Positions 15,494 to 28,696 of a stretch of 64,000 nt of DNA are shown piece after piece. The position numbers were made by a program, and so were the translations under genes. The stretch is from Octopus vulgaris (taxonomy: Eukaryota): positions 69,006,001-69,070,000 of the forward strand of contig OX597815.1 of assembly GCA_951406725.2 (NCBI GenBank), written 5' to 3'. Position 1 is the stretch's first letter. Every line of letters begins with the position of its first letter. The notes beneath the pieces were generated by a model. The model worked only from the letters and a program-made list of their open reading frames with translations, did not search any database and was not told the origin of the DNA.

Positions 15494-15547
15494 ATGTTTC
15501 GTCTAAAATTTTTGCGTTTTCGTAAAGTTCTCCGGCTTTGGTGGGAG
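15494..15547 (+). CDS. NEDD4: Candidate alternative first coding exon of NEDD4 (MFRLKFLRFRKVLRLWWE)
   Basis: In-frame TAA at 15482-15484, gtcATG at 15494, 54 nt to a strong donor GAG|GTGAGA (phase 0). Unique sequence that retains CpG. Confidence 0.45.
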
Positions 15548-17294
15548 GTGAGAATACGGTACTTATTTACAGAAGTAATGAAGTCTGATGTCTCAAAATT
15601 GTTAATTGATGAACTAAATAAATTCTCAATTAGCGAGCATGGTCTTTGATTTGAGGACGGGGAGTACTTTTTCAATTGCTATATTTGTGAAACTATCCAT
15701 GTGCGTATACACACGCACACGCACGTATGTATATATTTATATACTCGCATGTGCACATACATTTATACATGCATATACACACATAAGTACACCCATATGC
15801 ACATGTATATACATACATTTTATATATGCGCACACATATATATATAATGTTTTTTGTTAAATATACTGTTCTACATCTTAGAGTGTGCTTCTTTCAGATT
15901 TATGTTTTCTACAAACGATATATATATATATATATATAATGTGTCTTTCTCGGTTACTGATCCAATATATATATATATATATATAAAATGTGTCTTTCTC
16001 GGTTACTGATCCACTCCACCAACAATAAAGTAGGAAACGAATATATGTCAATATTTTTTCATCCAGTAACCTCGATTATATTTTTACCTCGTGTCAAGTT
16101 ATCAGCTAGAAAAAGACCTTCTTAGTATTAGCTGCTTCTTCTAATACATACAAAGGTGTGATTAGGGCTGGAGATATGGTAATTATGACGAAATTTCAAT
16201 TTTTCTTGTTTTTGCTTTATCCTTTTGTAACAATAACTACAACAACAATAATAATAATAATAATAATTATTATTATTCTGTGTTGTATACGTAACCTCTT
16301 AGCTGTTGGTATTTTTCTGTTTCAGCTATTAAGCTATTAAATATGAATGTGTATATATAACAAATTGTTTATCGATTGTGAAATAGTTTTTGGTTTTCCG
16401 GATCGTATAATAATTATAGATTACTGTTATTTATGTGTGTTAATAAATATGTAGAAGGCTTGCTGATAGTAATAGTGTTGTTAATAATGGTTTTGCTTTA
16501 TGCTTTTGTTTTCAAACATACCGGCCGTAATTTAATTTTCACGTCATTTATCCAACACACACACCCAAACATGCAGACATACCTAACATGAGCATATATA
16601 CACAAACTCAGAGACAATCAAGCGGCATACGTACATATTCGTATATACACACTCACGCACGCACATACACATAGGCAATCGAACTGCTACATACATTCAT
16701 ACATGCTTGCACACACACATCATATAATTACCTATGAGCACGTGCTCACCAGGCACGAGATTCGAATTGTTTCTCCATGGAAACCGTGCAATCGCGCAAA
16801 TTTGACATTTAAAGAGAGAAGCATTTCAGAAAAATAAAACAGTTTACACATCAGCTTTCTCCTCCTACCACCTTTTCTGTAGTTCTGTTCCGTGCTCTCC
16901 ATATTTTCATCAGTCTTTTGACTGATGCCATAACAAATTAGTTTTTACTAAGAGGTTGCTAACTCTTCGCCATTTCTCTTAGAAAAGGATGCTGGTAGTG
17001 GACCGTAACACCTCTTCTCATGGAACAGTATGTATATTTATGTATATATGGCGGAGGTAAAGAACATGAACCGCACCCTCTTTCGGTTATTTATTTATTA
17101 TTTTTTTTCTACAGAAACCCACCTTTTCGACTGCGGATATTCCGAATCTACAAAGAAAATCGGCATTTAAAAATTTTAATATAATTTTAATATCTGCCGC
17201 AGAAACCTGCGATATAAATTAACCAGAAAAATCCGCGATGTACTGAGGACGCGATAGGTGAACCGCTATATGGCGAGTGATTACTGTATGTATA

Positions 17295-17349
<55 letters not shown>

Positions 17350-18434
17350 GTGGGTGTACGAACGAACGAACATAGATATGTATATATGTGTAAGATGTAT
17401 GTATGTAGTGTGCAGGCATGTATGTGTAGTTAAGGAGTTTGCTTCCTAACCATGTGGTTTCAGATTCCCTCTGACTGCACAGCCCTTTGGGGAAGTGTCT
17501 TCTACTACTGTATCCTCGAGCAGACCAAAGCCTCGTGGGTGGCTCTGTTAGATGGAAACTGAATGCAGCCTGATATATGTGTATGTGTTTATACTGTCTC
17601 GCCTTGACATCGTGTGATAGTTTTAAACAAGTGTCAGTCTCATCGAAGAGGTGTCATTCATTTCCAGTCCTCCATGAAAACATGTTTGGCCAATGGGGAA
17701 ATATTAACTTGCTTTGAAACATATGAGGGTTGATGACAGGAAGGACATCTGACTATTGAAAATGTGCTTGAAGATTTCAGCCTGACCCATGCAAGCATGG
17801 ATAAGATGATGATCATGATTGTGTGTGTATAATGGTTGGTATTAGGAAGGGCATCCAGCTGTAGAAACCATACCAGAACAGATTGGAACCTGGTGCAGCC
17901 CACTAGCTTTCCTGTTTGCAGTCAAACTGTCCAACCCATGCCAGTATGGAAAATGGATGTTAAATGATGATGTATATATCAGAGACGTAGCCAGGTTCTA
18001 TAGTTGAGTAAGAGTAAGCACATTAAAAACAAAAGGCACCATGATACATACCAAACAATTATTAACTCATTCCTCATATTAAATTGAAAATATTTCATTA
18101 GTTATAGTACATGTAATTGTATTCTACATTCATTAATTTCATGTTTCAGTAACAATATTATTATGTATGAAACTCACAACTAATGATATAGGTAACTAAA
18201 GAGTTAAAAGAAATTATTGAAAAGGTGCCAATTTTGAAAAAATGTGCTTGTGGGGAGTAGTCACATCTCTTTGCCCCCCTATTAGCTGTGCCACACTCAC
18301 ATATACACACACACACACATTATTATGCTCACTTTCTTGTTTCTTGAGAGTTTGCTCTAGCACCCCATCACTACTTTCCTCTTTCTCCTTCATCCATGCA
18401 TCTGCTGTGCTTGTCCCTCTATCATACTTTAGCC

Positions 18435-18737
18435 CAGGGGTTCTCAACCATTTTTTATCTATGGACCCCTTTGGTTGCTATTTGATGTTTAAAAACTAGT
18501 TTTGTAGAAACTTCTTTCAAAATTCCTATTTTGTTTTCCACACATTAACTTGTGTAGGTTGAACTATGTAAAATGCTGGAGAAAGAAACCTAGCTGTTTC
18601 TTGCAATACATACCACTACATACATCTAAAAAAAATTTTGTCAGGGGCCCTTAAAATACTATTGTGGCTCCCAAATTTATCATTTTGTTGCATGGACCCC
18701 CACAGAATCTTATATGGGCCCCTTTTGAGAACCACTG
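18435..18737. mobile_element. hAT (Charlie/MER5-like) MITE
   Basis: TIRs CAGGGGTTCTCAA / TTGAGAACCACTG; 8-bp TSD CTTTAGCC / CTTTAGCT. Confidence 0.9.
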
Positions 18738-20254
18738 CTTTAGCTTTTCAACATCTGATATAAAAACCATCCACCTCCACCTTCCAAATACTTCCTCTTA
18801 GAAGTGGGAACTTTTTTCCTTTATTCTTTTCTGTCTTGCAAGATTCATGGCAACCTCACTAGTTCCTGTGGTACATAAAAAGCACTCACTACAGTCTGTA
18901 AAGTGGTTGATATTAGGAAGAGCATCCAGCTGTTGAAGTCGTGCCAAAGATGATATTGAAGTTTGATTCTGTACTGCAGTTTGCCAGTTCCTTTGCAAAC
19001 TGTCCTATCCATGTCAGCAAGGAAAGCAGATGTTAAATGATGATATATTACTTGTTTCAATCAGTGAAAGGTGTAGCACTTTTAAGTCTCATTCTTATTC
19101 TGTCTTTCTCTTTTGCTGAACCACCAAGTTATGGGAATATAAAGAAACCAACACAAATTGTCAAGCAGTGGGGGGACAAACACCAAAACACACAGACACC
19201 CACACATATAAGAGTGAAAGGGAAAAAGAAGAATCAACCCAGCACTTTACTTATTGACATAAAGGGGCAATGTCTACATTAGAATCCTTAATTTTTAAGA
19301 AATCAATATCCAACAACTTCAGAAGTTACCAAGCAATCAACCAACCAATTTGTTTTATCTATTCTTTATAATGAATGGTGAGCATGTATGTACATTGGAC
19401 ATTCGTAATCTCATAAATCTACTGTTTGTAATTAACAATGTAATTAACCAATTATGCAATATCCAATACTACATTCACTACACAACAATGAAATTCCTTT
19501 AGAAGAAATGGCAAAAAGTTGGTAATTCGTGAGCAGAACAAAACTCAGGAGTTAACAATTGAAAATCTAACAGAAAGACGCCTCCATTGTTTATTGTTGG
19601 AACATTATAATTATTCAAATAAGCAGGCAGTTCTTGTTATTTTTGGTCTGTTAGGATTGTTTATTGCACTTGTAGCAGATTGCTGATTTGATATCCCCTT
19701 CCCCACCTCCATCTGTTTCCAAAATTATGTTATCATCATTAGTGTATAAGTTTAAAAATGGTATATCCAAGCATTTGTGATTTTCATCAGAGTTCTCCTG
19801 TTTTGATGGTTCTTGGCCTAGTGGTTTGGGTATCACAGATTTATGATCAAAAGATTATGGTTTGAATTCCTGGATTGAGCTGTGCTTTGTGTCCTTAACA
19901 AAAGCGCTCCGTTTCATGTTCCAGTTCACTCAGCTGTGAATGAGTAATCTTGTGATGGATTAGTGTCCCTTTTAGGGAGAGATGTTGTGATCTCTTATAT
20001 ACCATGGAAACTGGGTAAGCAGTTGTGAGAGCCCTAAGACTCAAGATAGTAATGTTTAGGAGTTGATAATATCTTGTCTTGGGATAAATGGTTTGTTTTT
20101 GAGACTGTTACACCAAGATAAATTGTTTTTGAAGCTGCATCATGTCTCCCTGTTGCAAACTGAATTAGAAGATCACGGTATGTGTTAAACTAATGGGATT
20201 TACTAATGGCTCCCCACAACCACACTCGCTTTACAGTGATTGGCGAGTGAGGTG

Positions 20255-20700
20255 ACCTCTTTAATGTTGGTACCATGAAAGTTCACCCAGTACACACTAT
20301 AAAGTTGTCAAATGAGCAGAGAAACTATAGGGTTATGAGGTCCCTTTTAGTTACCCTGTCTTGTTGAGAACTCTTCAACTTCTCTAGTGTTGGTACCGTG
20401 ATAAAAATTCCACTGTGTAAAGTGGTTGGTAAATGAGGAGAGAAAGCATGAAACTGTGCTGTCTTTTTAGTGTTGTATCAACAAAAACAAGTTAACTTCT
20501 TTAATGTTGGTGCCAGGAAAAAAAAAGTATATGCAGTACATGTTGTGAAGTGGTTAGTAAATGGGCAGAGAAAGCATGGGATTGTGAAGTCCTTTTAGTC
20601 TTGTCTTGGCAAAAAACTAGTTGGCCTCTTTGGTGTTGGAACCAAGAGAAAAGTGCACCCAGTTTATGCTGTACAATAGTCTTTAATAGGGAGAGTATCC
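20255..20700 (+). repeat. Diverged tandem array of about four 120-bp units derived from a SINE segment
   Basis: Recurring CTCTTTAATGTTGGTACC..AAAA..CAGTAC..AAAGTGGTT.GTAAATG.GCAGAGAAA unit. Confidence 0.75.
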
Positions 20701-20728
20701 AACTGTAGAACTCTAGTCAAATGACATA

Positions 20729-21984
20729 CGAGGGACGTTCAATAAGTAATGCCTCTGACCCACTTGCAGTTGTTTGATCTAGCTGAAATTTTGCATGTGC
20801 AATCATTTATATCTCTATAGAGTAAGTGGCAAATTACAGCTCTGAATTAATTGTGGTTTCTGATTTACAGGTGTTTGAACCGAGTCAAGTGTGAAATGGA
20901 GCCTGTTGAGTGTCGAGCAGTGATCCGGTTTTTGTATTTGAAAGGACGCACACCACGGGAGACTTTTGATGAAATGAAAGTAACTTATGGTGATGATGCC
21001 CCATCATATGACCTTGTAAAACGCTGGCATCGTGAATTCAAACATGGTCGGAACTCTGCCATTGATAAGGCATCTGTCCGTCAAGTTGAGGCTGCCATTT
21101 TGGAAGATCGATGCATAATTATTTGCCAAATAGCCCATGAGGTCAAGATTAGTACCGGGTCTGTGGAAACTATCATTCATGACCATTTGCATATGCAAAA
21201 GGTGTCTGCCAGATGGATTCCCAGGTTGCTCACGCCTTTCCAGAAGCAAGAACGCGTCGAGTGCTCGAGGGTGAATTTGGAGATGTGCCAAGAAGATGAG
21301 TCAAAATTTTTCAAAAGACTGATTACACAGGATGAAACCTGGGTCCATCACGATGATCCAGAGACCAAAGCCCAGCCAATGCAGTGGAAGCACCATGACT
21401 CACCCCCTCCAAAGAAGGCAAGGGTGCAGCCCTCCGCTGGCAAGGTCATGCTCACAGTCTTCTGGGACCAGGACGGAGTAGTGATGACAGATTTCCTGGC
21501 AAAGGGTACCACAATTGCAGGAGCCTATTATGCTTCACTTTTGAGGAAATTAAGAGAAGTTATCAAAATCAAGAGGCGGGGCAAGATCAGCAAAGGTATC
21601 CTCCTCCTGCAGGACAACGCTCCGGTCCACAACTCGCTTGTCGCCAGATCAGAAGCACAGGCGTATGGCTATGAACTCCTCCTCATCCCCCCTACTTTCC
21701 TGACCTTGCACCCTATGATTTTCACCTCTTCTCAATCATGAAGTTGTTTTTGAAAGGCAAGCATTTCCCAGATGATGCAGCCTTGATTTCTGAAGTCATG
21801 TTGAGGTTAGAGGACCAAGCTGGGTTCTTCTACAAAAACGGTCTCCAGAGCTGCATCAAACGATGGGAGAAATGCGTAACTCTGGGTGGTTCCTATGTAG
21901 AAAAAGACTAATAACTGTGCCAAGTTTCGTTGCTCTACTGCTATGGGAAGTGGGTCAGGGGCATTACTTATTGAACGCCCCTCG
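20729..21984 (+). mobile_element. Near full-length mariner (DD34D) transposon, irritans/Bytmar-like
   Basis: TIRs CGAGGGACGTTCAATAAGTAATGCCTCTGACCCACTT / AAGTGGGTCAGGGGCATTACTTATTGAACGCCCCTCG. TA on both sides; 1256 bp. Confidence 0.96.
20896..21911 (+). pseudogene. Mariner transposase with a 1-bp frameshift near 21680
   Basis: Motifs WIPRLL, TQDETW and LQDNAPVH. After the frameshift the frame reads PHPPYFPDLAPYDFHLF...RWEKCVTLGGSYVEKD*, giving D34D spacing. The usual RSGRP linker is missing after GRNS. Confidence 0.93.
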
Positions 21985-24780
21985 TATATGAGCACCAGTC
22001 AGTTAGTAACAGTCTCTGGGCATGAATCTGTTAGTAACTGTCAGTGAGCATCAGGGTATAAAATGGCCCTGCCCATGGCAACCCATCCAACCCTCACATC
22101 GGTATGGAAAGCAGACGTAAAACTTTTTTGTGTGTGATAAATAATCTGGTGTTTCCAGTGTTGAACAGTTTGCAAACTTAAAACATTTTGCTTTGAGATG
22201 CTTGCATCTTTAACCCTCTTCATACCAACTAACCTGAGATCATGTGTTGCTTTATGAAATAAAATTTAAACTTACTGGATTTAAAGTGATCATTGTCATG
22301 ATCATCATCATTTAACATGTGTTTTCTATGCTGGCATGGGTTGCAGGTTTGACAGGTTTCGAGGCTGCATTAAGTTGCAGTGTCAGCTTTGGCATTGTTT
22401 TAAACTTGGTACTTATTCTATCAATCTCTTTTGCTGAACTGCTAAGTTATAAGGATCTAAACACACCAACATTGGTTGTCAAGCAGTGGTAGGAGACACA
22501 CACACATGACTGGCTTCTTTCAGTGTCTGTCAACCAAATCTACTCATGAGGTTTTGGTCAGCCTGAAGCTCATTCAACTGAGAAGAGTTGATCCATATTG
22601 ATGACATTGTTAGTGATAGTAACTTCTAAAGCGTGGAAATTATATTTCTTCAAGCAATCAATATTCAACTATAGATGATGTTGCATTCTTTTTTATAATA
22701 AATAATGACAAACACGTTGCGTGAGAATCTCACTTTATACATAATTCAGTGGTGAGAAATTAACATAATAGGACAATTATAGAAAATCCAATATTACATA
22801 GTGCCGTAATAAAGTATACATTGGTGTCACAAATAGTTGAAATATCATCCATGTAATTCATATGCTTAGTGGTACAATTATTTGAAAGTGTTGTTAGCAG
22901 AATAATAAATGGGATGGGTGGCCATATTGTAAATAGATTTTGTTTTGGCTGTGAATGATGTAATACAGGTAAAATATATTTGTGGTTGTCAAAATGATTT
23001 AGATGGATTCTATGCTCTTTAATAATCCTTTATGATCAAAGGGATCCTGACCACAAGTGTATTGTATCACCTGTAGTTATTTCTCCTACTTATCATGTAA
23101 ATTTCTAAAATAAGATGATGTGACCCAAATTGCCCTAAACTAATAACCCAAACTCTGTTGTTTCTTACCAGAATGTCAGTCCTCTGGAACCCTTCCCCAC
23201 CACCACTTATGTTTTTACTGGAAAAGTTCAACAAGAACATTAACCGTATTTACCTCAATGAATTCTCTCTGACTCATATCATCATCATCATCACTGATTA
23301 ACGTCCGTTTTCCATGCTGGCATGTTTTGGACAGTTTGACTGAGGTTTGGGGAGCCAGTGGCTGCTCCAGTCTGGTCTGGCAGAGTTTCTACAGCTGGAT
23401 GCCCTTCCTAACACCAACCACTCTGAGAGTGTAGTGGGTGCTTTTTACGTGCCACCGGCACAGGGGGCCAGTATGGCAGGCCTGGCAACGATCACGTTCG
23501 GATGGTGCTTTTTACATGCCATATAGTATGGAAAAGCTGACACTAAAACACATACAAACACATTCCAAATCAGGGGTTCTTGGGTTTGTTTTCCCATCCT
23601 ACCATTTCATTATATCTAGCAGTGTTGGTGTATCCTGAGTGAAAAATATAATGTAAAATGGTTGGATATCGTAGAACAGACAAGTTTGGTTGTTTACCAT
23701 GCTACAAAAATATTGTTCAAGTAACTTAGTTTGTATTATATCTATCCAGGTGGTGGCAAACTTCTTATATTGTTGGCCCCTTCATGGAACCATTGAAAAC
23801 TTATTTCCCCCACCTATCATGTAAGTTTCTAAAATAAATTAAGAAGTTTGACTAATAAAAAATTCCTTGGTTCAAGAACCATAATTCCTTCATTCTTTTG
23901 TGTCAATACCAATTTTTAATCAGAAATATTTAAAGAAATATAAGGAAATTGATAAAGAACAATAAAAATTCTGCAAAATTATATTGATTTATTTAATGTG
24001 AAATAAGTGTTTGGTGGATACTAGTTATTGCATCAATATTTGGCTGGAAATTACCCATGTTATTCTGGATTCAGTTTACTAATAATTCAGTTCCCTTATT
24101 GCTCAAAATCATTTCAGGTGTTTATTGACCCCTTTAATCAGTAAATACTATTGACCACTTTATTTGACTCCCCCTTCCCTGCCTTAATTCATTAGTTGGA
24201 TAATGGAGATAACATTGGGTATTAAGTTCATGCATCTTATTCTGCTGTTGTTATTCTCATGTTGGTAACCATTTGGATGAGAAAGTGCATTTTCCATGCT
24301 GACATGGGTTGGATGGTTTGACTGAAAACTGGGGAGCTGCATCCGGTTTCAGTCTGATTTGGCATGGTTTCTACAGTTGGATGCCCTTTCTAATGCCAAC
24401 CACTCCAAGAGTGTAGTGGGTGTTATTTATGTGTCATCAGCATGTGTGCCAGTTACAAAACACTGATATTGGCCACAACTATGATCCCACTTGGCTTCAC
24501 AGGTTTTCTCAAGCACAGTATATTGCCAGTGATCTTGGTCACTTGTCACTGCCTCCATGAGGCCCAAAGTTTGAAGGGTGATTCTTATGTGCCAAGTATG
24601 CGACACTGGCATTGGCAGAAAATTTGAAGACCTCTTCCTAGTATTTATGCACTGCTAGAATGAAATGTGAGTAAAACCAGTCACCAAAGATATGCATGTT
24701 GAACATCTTAGAATGGTAACAATGCACAGGCAACTGATGCATTGAACTTTGAAAATACATACTGTGTTTGACAGCAGCAC

Positions 24781-24877
24781 TTTGAATTTAAACAGCTTGG
24801 ATGTAGTTAGCATGGGATTGTTGCTGGAATTTGAATTTAAACAACTTGGGTGTAGTTAGTATGGGATTGTTGCTGGA
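24781..24877 (+). repeat. Tandem duplication of about 49 bp
   Basis: TTTGAATTTAAACA(G/A)CTTGG(A/G)TGTAGTTAG(C/T)ATGGGATTGTTGCTGGA occurs twice. Confidence 0.9.
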
Positions 24878-25199
24878 TAACCAACTTTGTTACTGCTTTC
24901 TTAGGATTTGTGCCTTTTACATTTTTCATAGCCTTCTATGCACCAACTAATAATGATTTAAAATTTGCATTAGTACTATGTCTCAAAGAAGGCAGTGAGC
25001 TGGCAGAATTGTTAGCATGCCAGATGACATGCTTAGTGGTATTTTGTCTGTTTTCTTGCTCTGAGTTCAAATTCCACTGAGTTCAGCTTTGTCTTTCATC
25101 TTTTTAGGGTTGATAAAATAAGTACCAGTTGAGTAATCAGGGTCAATGTAATCAACTTACTCTCTTCCCTGAAATTGCGGGCCTTGTGCCAAAATTTGA

Positions 25200-25380
25200 A
25201 ATCAGTATTATATTTCAAAGAAAATGTAGTCAGTTTGTCTTTAGTCTTGCATATTCTTGAAATTGTCTGCTTTTTAATGTCATACTTTTCAGAAACTTTC
25301 GTCACTGAAACACAAGTATGAAACATCACTATAAGTTTGTTTCTGCTTCACAGATAGTATGACATGCTTCTTCTTGAGTT
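25200..25380 (-). pseudogene. pogo/Tigger transposase N-terminal HTH (psq-type) fragment
   Basis: KKHVILSVKQK...VSVTKVSEKYDIKKQTISRICKTKDKLTTFSLKY resembles the Tigger/CENP-B N-terminal HTH. Confidence 0.65.
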
Positions 25381-26121
25381 GCATATGAAGATTATTATGT
25401 TAGTGTGTTCTGTGATGCCATGCTGGCACAAGTATTGCTCAAAAGTCAACATTAAAAAGGAATATCTAGGTGTTTCAGTCTGTTTTAATCTTTGTTTCTA
25501 GGTTTACATTAATAGATTTGTAAAGGCATATTATTTCAGTCTACCACATGAACAGAATTACCATAAGGAAAATCAATCTCACTTGCTAACATCTATTTAA
25601 ATTTATTTATGCATATACGAAAATGTATGCAAATACAAAAATGCAGTGTTTATTAGAGGGAAGTGTGAAAATGAGTAAGAAAGAATAAGTCTTAACTAAT
25701 AAGCTGAATATTAAAAAATTGGAAGAGGAAAGGGGTTCAATGAATTTGAACAACCAAACTAAAGAGGCTAGTTTGTGGGAGAGGGAGTGTAGAATGCTAG
25801 AAAGAAAGAGTATTTTTCTTCGAGAGAGATGTAAAAGTGAATTTAAAAAAACTGGTGAAAAGACCTTATTTTTATCACTCTCCCATTATCTCTCCATCTA
25901 TCCAGTATATATAATGCAACAAGCTGTGAGATGTGCAGTGCTATCTCAGTATAACTCAGAGTATTTCATAACAAGGGACAGAATAATGAGTTTTTCCATT
26001 ATGGTTCATGACCATATTATTGAGTGATAACGATATTTATGATAGCTTTTACTACCTCTGATGGTTGTGCGGTGCTCACAGTGCACACCCAATATACATG
26101 GCCCTACAACACTATTTCTCA

Positions 26122-26132
26122 AAGATGGCGGC
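26122..26132 (+). promoter_or_regulatory. YY1/Pho consensus site AAGATGGCGGC, a motif typically found near a TSS
   Basis: Exact AAGATGGCGGC in unique sequence upstream of the 26248 candidate exon. Its ATG opens a 12-codon uORF. Confidence 0.4.
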
Positions 26133-26247
26133 AGAATTCAATACTGAATTTTGCTTAGTTTAACCAATATTTTGCATAATGATGGATGTTTTCATGAGAG
26201 TTGCATGATAGACGAACGAACGATAAAAAGGTGATGCAAGCGAACAT

Positions 26248-26310
26248 ATGACTATGATGGCATTTCTTATATGGATGAACCATCAGAAAGCTTGTGATTG
26301 GGAAGAAAAA
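26248..26310 (+). CDS. NEDD4: Candidate alternative first coding exon of NEDD4 (MTMMAFLIWMNHQKACDWEEK)
   Basis: In-frame TAA at 26224-26226, ATG at 26248, 63 nt to AAA|GTGAGT (phase 0). About 120 bp downstream of a YY1-type motif in a CpG-retaining patch. Confidence 0.45.
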
Positions 26311-27779
26311 GTGAGTGTATTTTGAATGGACAAAATTTAGCTGTTTCACTAAAACAGTGTACACCTCTCAGACGCACTGTCTTCTACCATCCTGTTCTGG
26401 CAGAAGTCTGCTTTTACCTTCCGAGCTTTAACTGCACTTAGGTCTTGTGAGAATTAACAGACAGCATTTGTTGTGTCGTAAACATAGCACAAACACACGC
26501 ACACACATTCAACGACCCTGTCTTCAGTGGAGCATAGCTTTTATGTTTTTACTTCTATTACTTGTTGTCTTGTCATTTGTCCAGGCAAGTGACACTAATT
26601 TATGATTACAGTTCGTTATGCTACATCAGATAAAACTAGTGTGTATACTGAGATAGAGTTAGAATAACATTATGTATAGTGTTCACTAACTAACATATAT
26701 GTGAGTGTTCAGCAAAGCGGCTAAGATGCTGAAGTTAGTGCATAAATATATGTATTTAGGTATACTCACTTGCACGTGCGCGCTGTGTAGGAAATAGCAA
26801 CACAGACTGAAGCATGCATATACACCCCAAAATGCTAGTATATAAATACATATACGATGCATACATACGTTTTACTTGTCATTTTCTCTCTCATATGTTT
26901 TTGTACGTTGTGTGTATGTATGATGTATATAAATAAATGTGTGTGCATGTATAGTCTTTAATCTTCAAAAAAGTTTTATGTATATGAATTAAATCTAAAT
27001 TTAGATTTTTTTGGTAAAATAACATTTAAATTTTTGTTTCATGACTAATTTTGCATTAGATTAAATGTAATAGAAGTACATTAGAATAATAGAATGGTTA
27101 TGTAAGAAAAATGCCACCTCAATCACCCACACTTTAAAAAAAACAAAAATATATATGTATATATATAACACTCCTTTTTACACTCCTTGTATGACGCTGG
27201 CTACTCCTAATAATAACCAATATGAACACTGTCACTTCTACCCTTCTACGCACTGTCAGTTCAATGCCCTGTCTTTTTCTCTCTACCTCCCTTTCTACAA
27301 CCTTTCCCTCTCTTTCTGCCTTCATCCTTCCTTTCTATAACTTTCTCCCTCTTTACATATGTCTTCTATTTTCAAAGCTGTCTTTTTCCTACTCTTTCTG
27401 TAAATATCTTTCTATAGATTCTTCCCTCTATCTCTGCCTCCTTTCTTTCATGGCTCTTCCTCTCTTTCACCCCCTTTCTATAACTATCTCCCTCTCTCAC
27501 CTTCTTTCTATAGCTGTTTTTCTCTCATATAATCTCTATAGTTCTGTGTATGTGTGCGTGTGTCATGCTCTCTTTCTCTCTCCCCTCCTTTCTACAGCTG
27601 TCTTCTCACCCTCTTTCTATAACTCTTTCTCTCTCTGTCTCACTTCTTTTCTATAGCTGTCTTTGTCGCTCTCCCATTCTCTCACTCTCCCTCTCTGTTA
27701 GTGCTACTATTTATCACCTCCCATCACAACTAACTCACACACTATCTCACGACTGTCTAACTGTTAACTTCGCTTGTTT

Positions 27780-27821
27780 ATGGCTGCCCAAAATGAAATA
27801 TACGGCTTGCAGGAAATCCCT
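27780..27821 (+). CDS. NEDD4: NEDD4-family E3 ubiquitin ligase, first coding exon (MAAQNEIYGLQEIP), phase-0 donor
   Basis: ATG at 27780 with in-frame TAA upstream (27765-27767). 42 nt end at a strong donor CCT|GTAAGT. The EIYGL motif resembles the N-termini of vertebrate NEDD4L (EPVYGL) and NEDD4 (EVFGL), recalled from memory. Joins the 28611 exon in frame. Confidence 0.85.
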
Positions 27822-28610
27822 GTAAGTAAACATGAACAATCAGCAGTTTTTTTTTCCACTTCACACCTTATTCATTTCTATGTATGCATACAGTACATAA
27901 CCAACACATCTGTTAACGCCTTTTATGCATTATATATCTGTACCACACTATATAACGTGTTTGGCGTAGAGATGTTGTGGCCTCCCTCTTCTGGTAATCA
28001 TAATAATAAAAGAAAATATATATGTAAAGTTTAACTTTAAACAACAGCAACATTTAATTAACCATGGAAAAATTATGTATGACAACTTCAAAATGTCATA
28101 TTAGAAATTATTTATATTGATTTTTCCACAATTTTCTCCCTCTTTCCATTCATCTGTCACTTCTTAAGCATCTGTAGATATTGCAAATTTAATTTTGATG
28201 GTTGACTGTTATTTGTCTTGTTACCACTGTTCTTGTGGTTCCTTCGACATGTGTCAAGTTTCGAAGTTTATAGAATTTGGTTCTCTAACATTCACGTTCC
28301 TACATTGCAACCTTTAAATTCCTGTGCCATCTTTCTATAAACATCTCTATAAATTGTTGTCCTCGTCCTACACTCTACTTTATTGGCTGTGGGGTGGGGA
28401 AATAATGGTTTGCAATTTTTTGTTGCTGCTCTTTACGTCCCGAGTTCAAATCCAGCCGAAGTATTTACCTTTATTCCCTCTGGATTTGATAAAACGCAGT
28501 ATCAGTCAAATTCTGGGGTCGATGATATCGACGAACTGCTTCCCTTTAAAATTGCTGGCCTTGTGCCGCCTATTGTTGTTGTTATTATTTAGTTTTTTTT
28601 TTGTTTGCAG

Positions 28611-28696
28611 AGCGACGTACCTGGAACTACTCAGATAATTCATGTAAAGATTATTGCTGGAGTTAATCTCGCGAAAAAGGATATATTCGGCGCTAG
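28611..28696 (+). CDS. NEDD4: NEDD4-family E3 ligase, exon encoding the start of the C2 domain (SDVPGTTQIIHVKIIAGVNLAKKDIFGAS)
   Basis: Acceptor tttttttttttgtttgcAG at 28610 and donor AG|GTGAGT at 28697; 86 nt, phase 0 in and phase 2 out. The translation matches the NEDD4/NEDD4L signature V(V/I)xGxxLAKKDI(F/L)GASDPY. Confidence 0.93.
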
